A DNA stretch of 32,000 nucleotides from an uncultured Actinomycetes bacterium (lineage in GTDB: Bacteria > Actinomycetota > Actinomycetes > S36-B12 > CAIYMF01): the NCBI GenBank assembly GCA_963843975.1, contig CAWJMG010000003.1, forward strand, positions 360,001-392,000, in the 5' to 3' direction. The number at the start of each line of letters is the position of its first letter. The first letter of the stretch is position 1. The translations under genes were made by a program, and so were the position numbers. A model generated the notes under the pieces. The model did not search any database. It worked only from the letters and a program-made list of their open reading frames with translations, and was not told the origin of the DNA. Below, one piece after another: positions 20,535 to 27,733 of this stretch.

Positions 20535-21161
20535 TTACCCGCTCGGCAAGCGCCACATGGCCACAGCGATCCACGACAGCCCGAGCGCGAGCAGCAGCCC
20601 GAAGGCGGCTGTTCCGACCTGGCCCGCGACAGGGGGCAGGAACTCGGCGACGAAGAAGACGAACAAGAAACCGGCCATCGCGGCGAGGACGACCAGCGCG
20701 GCGGGTCGTGGCAGCACGTCGGCGCGGTAGGTGGCGACGGCCGTGAGCAGCAGACCCAGCGTCAACGCGATGCCCAGGGCGAAGACGATCGGATGCTCCC
20801 CGATCGGTCCGTTCTGATCGGGGTGCAGCAGGGGCGCAGCCGAGACGAGCACCGGGAGCAGGAGCCCCAGCTCGAGCAGCACATGGCCGACGAGACCCAG
20901 GGACCCGCTGGGCGAGAGCTGCAGCGCGTACATCGCGGGCAGCGCGAGTAGCAGCAACGCCGACGAGGTCAGCACGAGAGCGGCGACGCCGGGGGAGAGC
21001 GTTGCCTCGACGACGGGATGCACCGACAGGAGCACGAGGGCGACGCCGAGGGTGATCGCGCCGGCGAGCAGAAGCAGTCCGGCCCAGTGGTAGACGTTCA
21101 GCGATTCGGTGAGCACGGCATCACCCCTCCTTCGTACCAGGTCCCGGTTCGTCAGCTTCAT
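20535..21161 (-). CDS. hypothetical multi-pass membrane protein (last gene of hemerythrin operon)
   Basis: The 208-aa ORF is almost entirely hydrophobic helices. Its ATG overlaps the upstream stop (ATGA at 21158-21161). Confidence 0.7.
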   Translation of the reverse strand: MKLTNRDLVRRRGDAVLTESLNVYHWAGLLLLAGAITLGVALVLLSVHPVVEATLSPGVAALVLTSSALLLLALPAMYALQLSPSGSLGLVGHVLLELGLLLPVLVSAAPLLHPDQNGPIGEHPIVFALGIALTLGLLLTAVATYRADVLPRPAALVVLAAMAGFLFVFFVAEFLPPVAGQVGTAAFGLLLALGLSWIAVAMWRLPSG

Positions 21162-22420
21162 GAGGGCTTCCCGGGCTTTTCGACGGGCCGGGAGGTGGCC
21201 ACCCCCGTGCGGCGGCTCGACCCCGACACCATCTCGGGTTGAGGGGGCGACGTCGTCGCTGGACCGAGGTCGTGCACGGCGGCGACCTCACCGAGGGCGG
21301 CGAGGTCCTCGACGAGAGAGGTCGTGCGATCCCTGTGCGGGGGGACCGCGAGCGAGATCAGAACAGCCCACCACCGAGCGCACGTGAGCACCTCGAACGA
21401 CTGGATGATCCGGGTGCCGCCTGCGGACGGCTCGAGGGCGAACGACCACTCGGTGCTGTCGCGCCCTACCCCACCCCGGGTCCGCCAGGCGATCCGGCGA
21501 TCCGGCTCGACGGTCGTGATGAGGCACGGGCGGCGCCAGCGGAACACGCCCGCGCGGGACCGGCCTTCGAATCGAGCGCCGGGGACAGCGTCGTGCGCAC
21601 CATCGAGCCACCGCGCGCCGACGGCCTCGTGGCTCCACTCACCTACACGTGTTGGGTCGGCGAGCACAGCCCACACCTGCGGCGGGGTCGCGGCGACCTC
21701 GACGCTGACCGTTCCGTGAGTGGCCAGGGGGAAGCCGCCGGCCCCGTCGATTCCGAAGCCGGAAGGTCGAGCGCCCCACCGTCGACGGGCCAGCCGGCGA
21801 TATCTGCAGGCAAGCCCGCGCACCAGCACCGAGCGCGGGAAGTCGGGGACGAGCCGATCGACGAGCGCGGCGTCCGAGGCGCTCAGGCCGTCGACGAGCC
21901 AGCCCTCGACCATGCCGAGCCGCAGCAGCGATCGCCCCTGGACGAACTGCTCCCGTACGAACGCCGCCCAGTCCTGCTCCGTGAGCGTCGCGGTCACCAG
22001 GGGCATCAGCTCGATCTCCTCGCGCCGCAGGTACGGCAGGAGGGTCCCCTCGAGCCGGTCCAGGGCATCGACGACCGGTCCTGCAGAAGCGCCTCGGCTG
22101 AACTCGACCGCTGCTTGTTCGACCGCCTTCATGAGCGAGGGCATGGCGCGGAGGTCGCCCTCCGAGGGCCCCAGCGACGCTGCGGCGTCAGGCATCCTGG
22201 CGCGGACGCGGGGCCACAGCTCTCGATCCTCGCCGCGCAGGTGCTCCGCGAGGAGCTCCATCAGCCAGACGAGGTGGGCGCCCACCGCGACCCGCTGGCG
22301 GGGGCGCAGGGCAGCCTCCGCCGACAGCAGGTCGTGCGCGCGAGCGAGGTCGCGACGCAGGGCGCTGTGGACGACCTCCATGATCCGCGTGTCGGCTCGC
22401 GCCTCCGTCGGGCCGGTCAT
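21158..22420 (-). CDS. hemerythrin-domain / SRPBCC-domain fusion protein
   Basis: The ORF 21158..22714 was trimmed to the ATG at 22420 (MTGPTEARADTRIMEVVHSALRRDLARA...), giving 420 aa. The N-terminal half aligns with the stand-alone hemerythrin at 24062..24751. The C-terminal half (PPQVWAVLADPTRVGEWSHEAVGARWLDG...GGTRIIQSFEV) aligns with the stand-alone SRPBCC at 22887..23399. Confidence 0.8.
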   Translation of the reverse strand: MTGPTEARADTRIMEVVHSALRRDLARAHDLLSAEAALRPRQRVAVGAHLVWLMELLAEHLRGEDRELWPRVRARMPDAAASLGPSEGDLRAMPSLMKAVEQAAVEFSRGASAGPVVDALDRLEGTLLPYLRREEIELMPLVTATLTEQDWAAFVREQFVQGRSLLRLGMVEGWLVDGLSASDAALVDRLVPDFPRSVLVRGLACRYRRLARRRWGARPSGFGIDGAGGFPLATHGTVSVEVAATPPQVWAVLADPTRVGEWSHEAVGARWLDGAHDAVPGARFEGRSRAGVFRWRRPCLITTVEPDRRIAWRTRGGVGRDSTEWSFALEPSAGGTRIIQSFEVLTCARWWAVLISLAVPPHRDRTTSLVEDLAALGEVAAVHDLGPATTSPPQPEMVSGSSRRTGVATSRPVEKPGKPS

Positions 22421-22890
22421 TCGACGAGCCCTTCGCTCGGGCCCGGGCGTGACCGGTCCGATCCTCCGGACAGGAGACTCAGCCGGGCGACCGGGATGGG
22501 GCGGTGCGCCTTGCGCGCGTACTTCGCCACCTCGGGCGCTCGCGCGAGGATCACGTCGTTCCACATGCGATCCCGCTCGCCGCCGACGAGTTCGCTGGGG
22601 ATCACGCGCGACGTCTGAGCTCCGATCTGGATCTCGGCGACCTGGGCGCGGCGCAGGTTCTCGAACCAGTCGGGATCCCGGGGGGATCCCGACCCTGTGC
22701 CCCAGACGATCCACCCGTCGTCCCAGGGGAGGTAGCGCACGCAGGTGGAGCGTGGGATGCCGGTGCGTCGTCCCGGGACGGTGATCAGGAGCACGGTCAC
22801 ACCCGATCTGCCCGACGACAACCGACCGTCAAGGCGTCGGTACATCCAGACGCCGAGGCGGTTGCTGGCCCGGGTGGCGCGCCGCGTCAT
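22417..22890 (-). CDS. Ddn-type deazaflavin (F420H2)-dependent nitroreductase-family oxidoreductase
   Basis: The ORF was trimmed to the ATG at 22890, giving 157 aa. The segments LLITVPGRRTGIPRSTCVRYL...GSGSPRDPDWFENLRRAQ...ERDRMWNDV...AHRPIPVARL match the F420H2-dependent quinone reductase fold family. ATGA overlaps occur at both ends. Confidence 0.85.
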   Translation of the reverse strand: MTRRATRASNRLGVWMYRRLDGRLSSGRSGVTVLLITVPGRRTGIPRSTCVRYLPWDDGWIVWGTGSGSPRDPDWFENLRRAQVAEIQIGAQTSRVIPSELVGGERDRMWNDVILARAPEVAKYARKAHRPIPVARLSLLSGGSDRSRPGPSEGLVE

Positions 22891-23399
22891 GGGAGATCCG
22901 GTGCGCTCGGAGCGGCGTGCTGGCTCGAGCGGGACGTCCTCGCCACCTCGCCGAGCCGCTGCAGATCGGCGGCGAGGGCCGCGGTGCGGTCCTGATGAGT
23001 CGGGACCAGCCTGACGTACAGGGGTTCGAGGAGCGGGGCACTGCGGACGACGGCGAACTCCTGCACGATCCTGGTGCCTCCCGCCAAGGCGTCGAGCCGT
23101 AGCCGCCAGAGGGTGCTGTCCGGGAACAGTGCTGTCGGGACGACGCGCCACGCCAGCTCGTGCGGAGGTTCGACCGCGGTGATCTCGCAGAGGCGTCCCC
23201 ACCGCACCCACCCAGCCCGGTTGCGGCCGCGGAAACGGACTCCCGGAGCCGCGGCCGTGGCTCCGCCGAGCCAACGCACGTCGACGCACTCGTGGCTCCA
23301 CTCTCCCGTGCGCGTGGGGTCGCAGACGACGCTCCAGACGTCGTCGATCGCCACCGGCACCACGATCTCGGTGCGCCCCGTCCTCTGCACCTGCGCCAC
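22887..23399 (-). CDS. SRPBCC (START/polyketide-cyclase-like) family protein
   Basis: The 170-aa ORF starts at a GTG with AGGAGG 5 nt upstream. It contains VWSVVCDPTRTGEWSHECVDVRWLGG...GGTRIVQEFAV. Confidence 0.8.
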   Translation of the reverse strand: MAQVQRTGRTEIVVPVAIDDVWSVVCDPTRTGEWSHECVDVRWLGGATAAAPGVRFRGRNRAGWVRWGRLCEITAVEPPHELAWRVVPTALFPDSTLWRLRLDALAGGTRIVQEFAVVRSAPLLEPLYVRLVPTHQDRTAALAADLQRLGEVARTSRSSQHAAPSAPDLP

Positions 23400-23423
23400 G
23401 ACGGCCTCCTCGCGCCGGTAGTG

Positions 23424-24065
23424 CTAGCTGTTGGTCGAGCGCAGCCGACGGGATATCTCCTCCGCGACCCACTCTTCGTAGTCGTCGACACGCCATCCGC
23501 GCAGATCGGTCAGCAGCCGGAATATCTCAACGCTCATCAGCGCCCAGAGCGCATCGACGACCTCGGCATCCACCGGTCGTCCGGTAACCAGCTCGACTCC
23601 CTGCTGGGTGTTCAGCCGGCGGTCCTCCTCGGCCTTCGCGAGTCGCAGCGCCAGCGCTGGTTCGCCTGCCGCGCCTTGGCGCAGGGCGACGTGCAAGCCG
23701 GCCGTCGAGACATGGATCCGCGTGACGAGGCGGGCGGCTTGCCGAACCCGCTCGTCGAAGGTGCCCTGCGCCAGGGCGGCGAACTCGGGCCGATCCGCCA
23801 GAGGCACCGGAGCGTCGTCACCGACCACACTCACGTCTAGTGCGGCTACCAGGAGGTCCGGCTTCGACCCGAACCCGGCGTAGACGGTCTCCACCGCTAC
23901 CCCGGCCTCGCGTGCGACGTCGCGCATGCCCGTGGACGCCCAGCCGCGCTCCGCGAACAGCCGCGTCGCCGCCTCGAGCACTGCCGCGCGCGTTTGCGCG
24001 GCCTGCTCGGCACGCCGGGGCGACCGGTAGGCGCGGGTCCGTCCGGCGGTGACGTCGGACGTCAT
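23424..24065 (-). CDS. TetR/AcrR-family transcriptional regulator
   Basis: The ORF was trimmed to the ATG at 24065 (MTSDVTAGR...). The N-terminal HTH is RAAVLEAATRLFAERGWASTGMRDVAREAGVAVETVYAGFGSKPDLL. The start overlaps the hemerythrin stop (ATGA at 24062-24065). Confidence 0.9.
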   Translation of the reverse strand: MTSDVTAGRTRAYRSPRRAEQAAQTRAAVLEAATRLFAERGWASTGMRDVAREAGVAVETVYAGFGSKPDLLVAALDVSVVGDDAPVPLADRPEFAALAQGTFDERVRQAARLVTRIHVSTAGLHVALRQGAAGEPALALRLAKAEEDRRLNTQQGVELVTGRPVDAEVVDALWALMSVEIFRLLTDLRGWRVDDYEEWVAEEISRRLRSTNS

Positions 24066-24751
24066 CGAGCCACCGCGTGCGTCGACGGAACCACCGGGGA
24101 CCAGCACCCCGACGCACGACGCCGGTACACCCCGGCGAAGCCGTGGACGAGGACGAGACGAGGGATGAACCCGACGAGGTGGACCACGACGTCGCGGCCT
24201 TCAGGGTCCAGATCGTCCAGCAGCCAGTGCCCTTCGAGCGCGAGCTGCTTGGTGGAATTGGGCGCGACGTTGTGCGCCTGCTCGATGGCCTCCCACTCGC
24301 GCCGGGTGAGGCTGGCGGACACCACCGGCATCGCGTCAGCGACCTCGCGCTGGAGGTGCGGGGCGAGCACGACGTCCAGCGCCTCCATCGAGTCGGAGAG
24401 TGCGAGGCGAGCGGAGTCGTCGGTCGTCGAGGCGTAGAGGCGCGCTGCCAGCGTGACGGCGTCCACGGCAGGCGCGATGTGCGCGTGGTCCGCCTCGAGC
24501 GAGGCGACGAGCTCGGCGGCGTCCGGGTTGCGCGCGACGAGCGCCGGCCAGAGCCCCGTGTCCTCGCTCATGTGGTGGGCGTGCAGGAACTCCATCATCC
24601 ACACGAGGTGCTCGCCGAGAGCCCGCCGTTGCTCCCCGGTCGGCGGCCTCGGGGCTGCCAGGACGTCGCGAGCACGTGCGAGGTCCCGCAGGAGAGCGCG
24701 GTGGACGATCGCCATCATCCGGGTGTCGGCCGGGCCGTCGAGCTCGCTCAT
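24062..24751 (-). CDS. hemerythrin (HHE cation-binding) domain protein
   Basis: The ORF was trimmed to the ATG at 24751, preceded by GGAGG, giving 229 aa. The full H...HxxxE...H...HxxxE pattern is present: IVHRAL, HHMSE, EADHAHI, PHLQRE. Confidence 0.85.
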   Translation of the reverse strand: MSELDGPADTRMMAIVHRALLRDLARARDVLAAPRPPTGEQRRALGEHLVWMMEFLHAHHMSEDTGLWPALVARNPDAAELVASLEADHAHIAPAVDAVTLAARLYASTTDDSARLALSDSMEALDVVLAPHLQREVADAMPVVSASLTRREWEAIEQAHNVAPNSTKQLALEGHWLLDDLDPEGRDVVVHLVGFIPRLVLVHGFAGVYRRRASGCWSPVVPSTHAVAR

Positions 24752-24777
24752 GGCTGCCTCCTGTCGGCGTCGAGCCC

Positions 24778-24816
24778 ACAGTAGAACCAACGACGATTGA
24801 TCACAAGACCGTTCTA
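24778..24816 (-). promoter_or_regulatory. candidate promoter (TTGTGA-N17-TACTGT) embedded in an inverted repeat TAGAAC-N23-GTTCTA (candidate TetR operator)
   Basis: The minus strand reads TAGAACggtcTTGTGAtcaatcgtcgttgGTTCTACTGTgggctcgacgccgacaGGAGGcagccATG. The -35 is at 24806-24801 and the -10 at 24783-24778. The IR arms are at 24782-24787 and 24811-24816. This is a locally AT-richer patch just upstream of the hemerythrin gene. Confidence 0.4.
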
Positions 24817-25313
24817 GCGAAGTTAGGTCGACCGGCCTCACGTGGGCGGACTCGCGTTCCCGTCGGTCGCGAAGCGCCGACAGGGAGTACGCCGTGCCTG
24901 CGCCACCCAGCTGGTCGCAGGTGCTGCGCGAGCAGGTCGCCCGACCCCTCGGGCCCACCTGCACGGGAGGCCGCATCACCCCGCCTGGTGCGGATCGGGC
25001 CGGCGCTCGGCCCGAGGACGGCCAGCACCCGTCGATGCCCGTCCGGGTCCTCGGGCAGGTCCAGCTTCCTCATGAGGTGCGTACGTGCGCCTCCACCGTG
25101 GGCTCGCTGCGCGGTCCTCTCTGTTGGTGTCCTACTGGTCGATCGACGTAGGTGCACGACACGATGACAGTGGTCGCCTGGACCAGCGCGGAAGAAGGAA
25201 GGTGCTGCTGCGGGCTACCACGGGTTCGGGCCCATCGACCACGCACTGGATGGCCAGCGCAGCTGCCGACGACTGCGTCACTGCCGCTGCGGCGCCGTGG
25301 CCATACCCTCCTG

Positions 25314-25413
25314 CTCAGTCCAAGGTATTGCATCGCACAGCGCTCGCCCGCCTCGTGCGTGAAGTGCCCACACGCACAGCGCTCAGGCGTTCCTGGTGCG
25401 CGACTACCTCGAC
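25314..25413. repeat. copy A of a conserved non-coding element (61-nt core interrupted by a 39-nt internal duplication)
   Basis: Positions 25314-25345 plus 25385-25413 align without gaps to 26739-26799. By hand count, 50 of 61 positions are identical. The 12-mer CGCACAGCGCTC occurs twice here (25334 and 25373), 39 nt apart. Confidence 0.6.
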
Positions 25414-25586
25414 TAGCCGACCCGCCTGAACCGTCACAGGACCCGTTGCGCTGCAACGGGTCTTGTGCGTTTCGGGCGTCGGCGTCGGACGGGCACACGC
25501 TCCTGGGTGACGTGAGGGGCTGCCCGACGTGCTGGCGTTGTGGAACGATGCGGGCTTCACGTGAGCGGTCTGGGAGGTACTGGACC

Positions 25587-26612
25587 ATGACGGAGGCACC
25601 CTCCACCGACATCCCGATCGGGATCGGTTTCACGCCGTTCGAAGACCGCCTCGACGTCATCGAGCGCGTCACACAGCACGCCGAGCGCGGAGGCCTGGCA
25701 TTCGTGTCCGTGGCCGAGGCCATGAGTCTGGCGGCGCCGCTCGTGCTTGCCCGTCTTGCGGCCGTCACGAGCGGGATCGGGCTGACGACGGGGGTGCTGT
25801 CGGTGTGGGGGCGAACGCCGGCCACCTTGGCCATGACCGCGGCGGAGCTGCAGCGGCAGTCGGGCGGACGCTTCGTCCTCGGTCTGGGAGCGGGGACCAC
25901 CCCCATCGCTGAAGGCTTCCACGGGGAGCGATGGGAATCGCCCCTGGGACGCCTGCGGTCGACGTGCCTCGCCGTCACGGCGCTGCTGCGCGGTGAGCGG
26001 CTTCCAGACCCCTCGGGAGACGCGAGGCCGCTCGCTCTGGCGAAGCCGCCGGACACGATCGTGCCGCTGGCGCTCGCGGCCATCACAGATCCCAGCATCC
26101 GGCTTGCCGGTGAGCTCGCCGACCAGTGGCTGCCCTTCCTGCTGCCGCCTTCGGCTCTGGACGATGGCCGAGAGCTGCTGAGGATGTCTGCCGCACGGCA
26201 TGGGCGGTCGACGATGCCGACCGTGACGGCTGCGATCCCCGTCGCCGTCGCGGAGGACGAAGCGAGCGCAGCGACCATCGCCGCCCGCTGGCTCGTGACG
26301 TACTGCACGCGCATGGGGCCCGTCTACCCGCGCATCCTGCGCGAGAACGGCTACGGCCCCGAGATCGACGCGCTGCTCGAGGCGAGCGGCGACCCTCGCA
26401 CTCCCGTTCTGCCGGCTGCCGCCGAACGGCTGGCACGCGACGTGCTCGTCTTCGGCACCCACGGCGACACGCGCGAGGTCCTCGCCGGCTGGCAGCAGCA
26501 CGCCGACCAGCTCGCCCTGGTCGTCCCGTTCGCCACCGAGCTCGACGATCTGCTGGCACTCGTCGACGCCGTGGTGACGACGAGACCCGGTGTCGGCCGC
26601 CCGCACTCGTGA
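25587..26612 (+). CDS. LLM-class flavin-dependent oxidoreductase
   Basis: The ORF 25152..26612 was trimmed to the ATG at 25587, with GGGAGG upstream. The product is MTEAPSTDIPIGIGFTPFEDRLDVIERVTQHAERGGLAFVSVAEAMS...RFVLGLGAGT..., a luciferase-like monooxygenase pattern. Confidence 0.85.
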   Translation: MTEAPSTDIPIGIGFTPFEDRLDVIERVTQHAERGGLAFVSVAEAMSLAAPLVLARLAAVTSGIGLTTGVLSVWGRTPATLAMTAAELQRQSGGRFVLGLGAGTTPIAEGFHGERWESPLGRLRSTCLAVTALLRGERLPDPSGDARPLALAKPPDTIVPLALAAITDPSIRLAGELADQWLPFLLPPSALDDGRELLRMSAARHGRSTMPTVTAAIPVAVAEDEASAATIAARWLVTYCTRMGPVYPRILRENGYGPEIDALLEASGDPRTPVLPAAAERLARDVLVFGTHGDTREVLAGWQQHADQLALVVPFATELDDLLALVDAVVTTRPGVGRPHS

Positions 26613-26738
26613 AGCGCGGCGCGGCAGCGTCGATGACGCCGGGAGAAGGCAGAGGGTTCGACTGATCGTTCCGAACCGCCTGTCTCGCACTCGGCAGCCC
26701 TGGCCGTGCCAGGTGAGGCGCTGCTCGGTCATCGTGCT

Positions 26739-26799
26739 CTCAGTCCAGGATGTTGCGCCGCACAGCGCTCAGGCTTCCCCGGTGCGCGACCACCTGGGC
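26739..26799. repeat. copy B of the conserved non-coding element
   Basis: The sequence ctcagtccaggatgttgcgccgcacagcgctcaggcttccccggtgcgcgaccacctgggc lies in the 400-nt gap between the LLM gene stop (26612) and the next supported start (27014). An 11-bp stem-loop follows at about 26818-26856. Confidence 0.6.
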
Positions 26800-27013
26800 T
26801 TTCAGACAGGCGCGGAAGGCCCCGAATCCCCCGGCGACCACAGGGTTCGGGGCTGTCCCGTGCCGGGGGTCGAGGCCGAGGTGGCCCTGTGCGCGCGACG
26901 ACCATCCGCACGGCGCCGACTCGGCCATGGCCGGCCGTTGGTCGCCAGGCGGGCAGCCGACGAACCGTTCCGCGCGTGGGCAGGCCGGTAGCATCGATGA
27001 GGTGCCTGCTCAC

Positions 27014-27580
27014 ATGGAGTTCGTCGAGATCGTGGCTGCCGACCGCGACCTCGTCATGACGAGTTCCGACGGCCACGTCTGCCGGCTGGAGCCGCGGACA
27101 CCTGGTGCGATCGCCTGGCACTGCGTGCTGTCGGACGGCACGTCGAACGACAGCGAGCGCGATCCCGCGTCGTACGTCAGCTGGGTCTGCCCGGCGTTGC
27201 GCGTCACCAGCGCGGGGACGCCTACGGACATACCGCTCCTCGAGGTGAGGCGGGCCGGTCCGCAGTCCGATCTCGGCAAGCTGCTCAAGGGCTTCGGGCG
27301 CATCGGTCGGGGACGCGGTGCGACACCGGAGAACGGCACCGACGAGCGATACGTGTACACCGATCCCGCCGGGGTCGTCGACGCCTCGCTCCGGCACCGC
27401 ATCGAGCACTGGCCCTCGGCACTGCACGGCGACGGGGTGGTGAGACCCGTCGAGCTGTCGTCGATCAGGCGCACCGGCGAGGGGCTCGTCGTCAGCTCGG
27501 CGTCGTGGTGGGGAAGCGTGCCGGCCCTCGACCACCATCTGGACCTCGCCCTCGACCTCGCTCGTCGACTGTCGGACTGA
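27014..27580 (+). CDS. hypothetical protein (188 aa), no recognisable family
   Basis: The ORF 26750..27580 was trimmed to the ATG at 27014 (MEFVEIVAADRDLVMTSSDGHVCRLEPRTPGAIAWHCVL...). From that point it has high GC3 and a balanced composition. The upstream 88 codons are R/P/W/C-rich junk that overlaps the repeat element. Confidence 0.55.
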   Translation: MEFVEIVAADRDLVMTSSDGHVCRLEPRTPGAIAWHCVLSDGTSNDSERDPASYVSWVCPALRVTSAGTPTDIPLLEVRRAGPQSDLGKLLKGFGRIGRGRGATPENGTDERYVYTDPAGVVDASLRHRIEHWPSALHGDGVVRPVELSSIRRTGEGLVVSSASWWGSVPALDHHLDLALDLARRLSD

Positions 27581-27733
27581 TCGGCCTCGTTCGTCGCCTG
27601 CGGGACCTGCCCGGTCGGGCTCCGACGGCAGGGGAGGGACCGGCCTGCTCCTGCCGGGCGCGTCCCAGATCCTGCGGGTAGCGTCGAGGATCAGCACCAG
27701 GTCCGCCCGAGAATCAGCACCGGAGGAATCCAC

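Noticed and set aside
21566-21573. TTCGAATC, a T-loop-like string that could hint at a tRNA
   Set aside because: It lies inside the hemerythrin-SRPBCC coding sequence. No acceptor, anticodon or D-arm complementarity can be drawn around it.
21158-23496. Track ORFs of 518 aa (21158..22714) and 359 aa (22417..23496), read as single large proteins
   Set aside because: Their N-terminal extensions are R/P/G-rich and overlap the upstream genes in another frame. Internal ATGs at 22420 and 22890 coincide with ATGA stop/start overlaps and with the onset of recognisable domains.
24801-25157. 118-aa minus-strand ORF (contains MRKLDLPEDPDGHRRVLAVLGPSAGPIRTRRG...), a possible small gene or gene remnant
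   Set aside because: The first ~50 codons have fairly high GC3, but the complementary plus frame shares that signal. There is no recognisable motif and no RBS. The ORF would run into the -35 region of the hemerythrin promoter. It is left uncalled and would need BLASTX.
25315-26994. Two minus-strand small ORFs (25315..25599, 94 aa; 26740..26994, 84 aa) whose C-termini are similar (VVAHQERLSAVR...CNTLD vs VVAHRGSLSAVRRNILD). I considered them as paralogous small proteins or RiPP-like precursors.
   Set aside because: The similarity is confined to the last ~19 codons, which correspond to the 61-nt element. The upstream parts are unrelated and junk-like. No conserved start codon exists near the conserved part. 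By hand count the differences are 4 synonymous vs 7 non-synonymous, which gives no clear purifying signal. The plus-strand frame shares the same wobble positions, so GC3 cannot discriminate. I therefore treat the region as a non-coding element.
26750-27013. N-terminal 88 codons of the 276-aa ORF 26750..27580
   Set aside because: The translation is rich in R, P, W and C (MLRRTALRLPRCATTWAFRQARKAPNPP...). It overlaps the repeat element and a strong hairpin. Coding-like composition begins only at the ATG at 27014.
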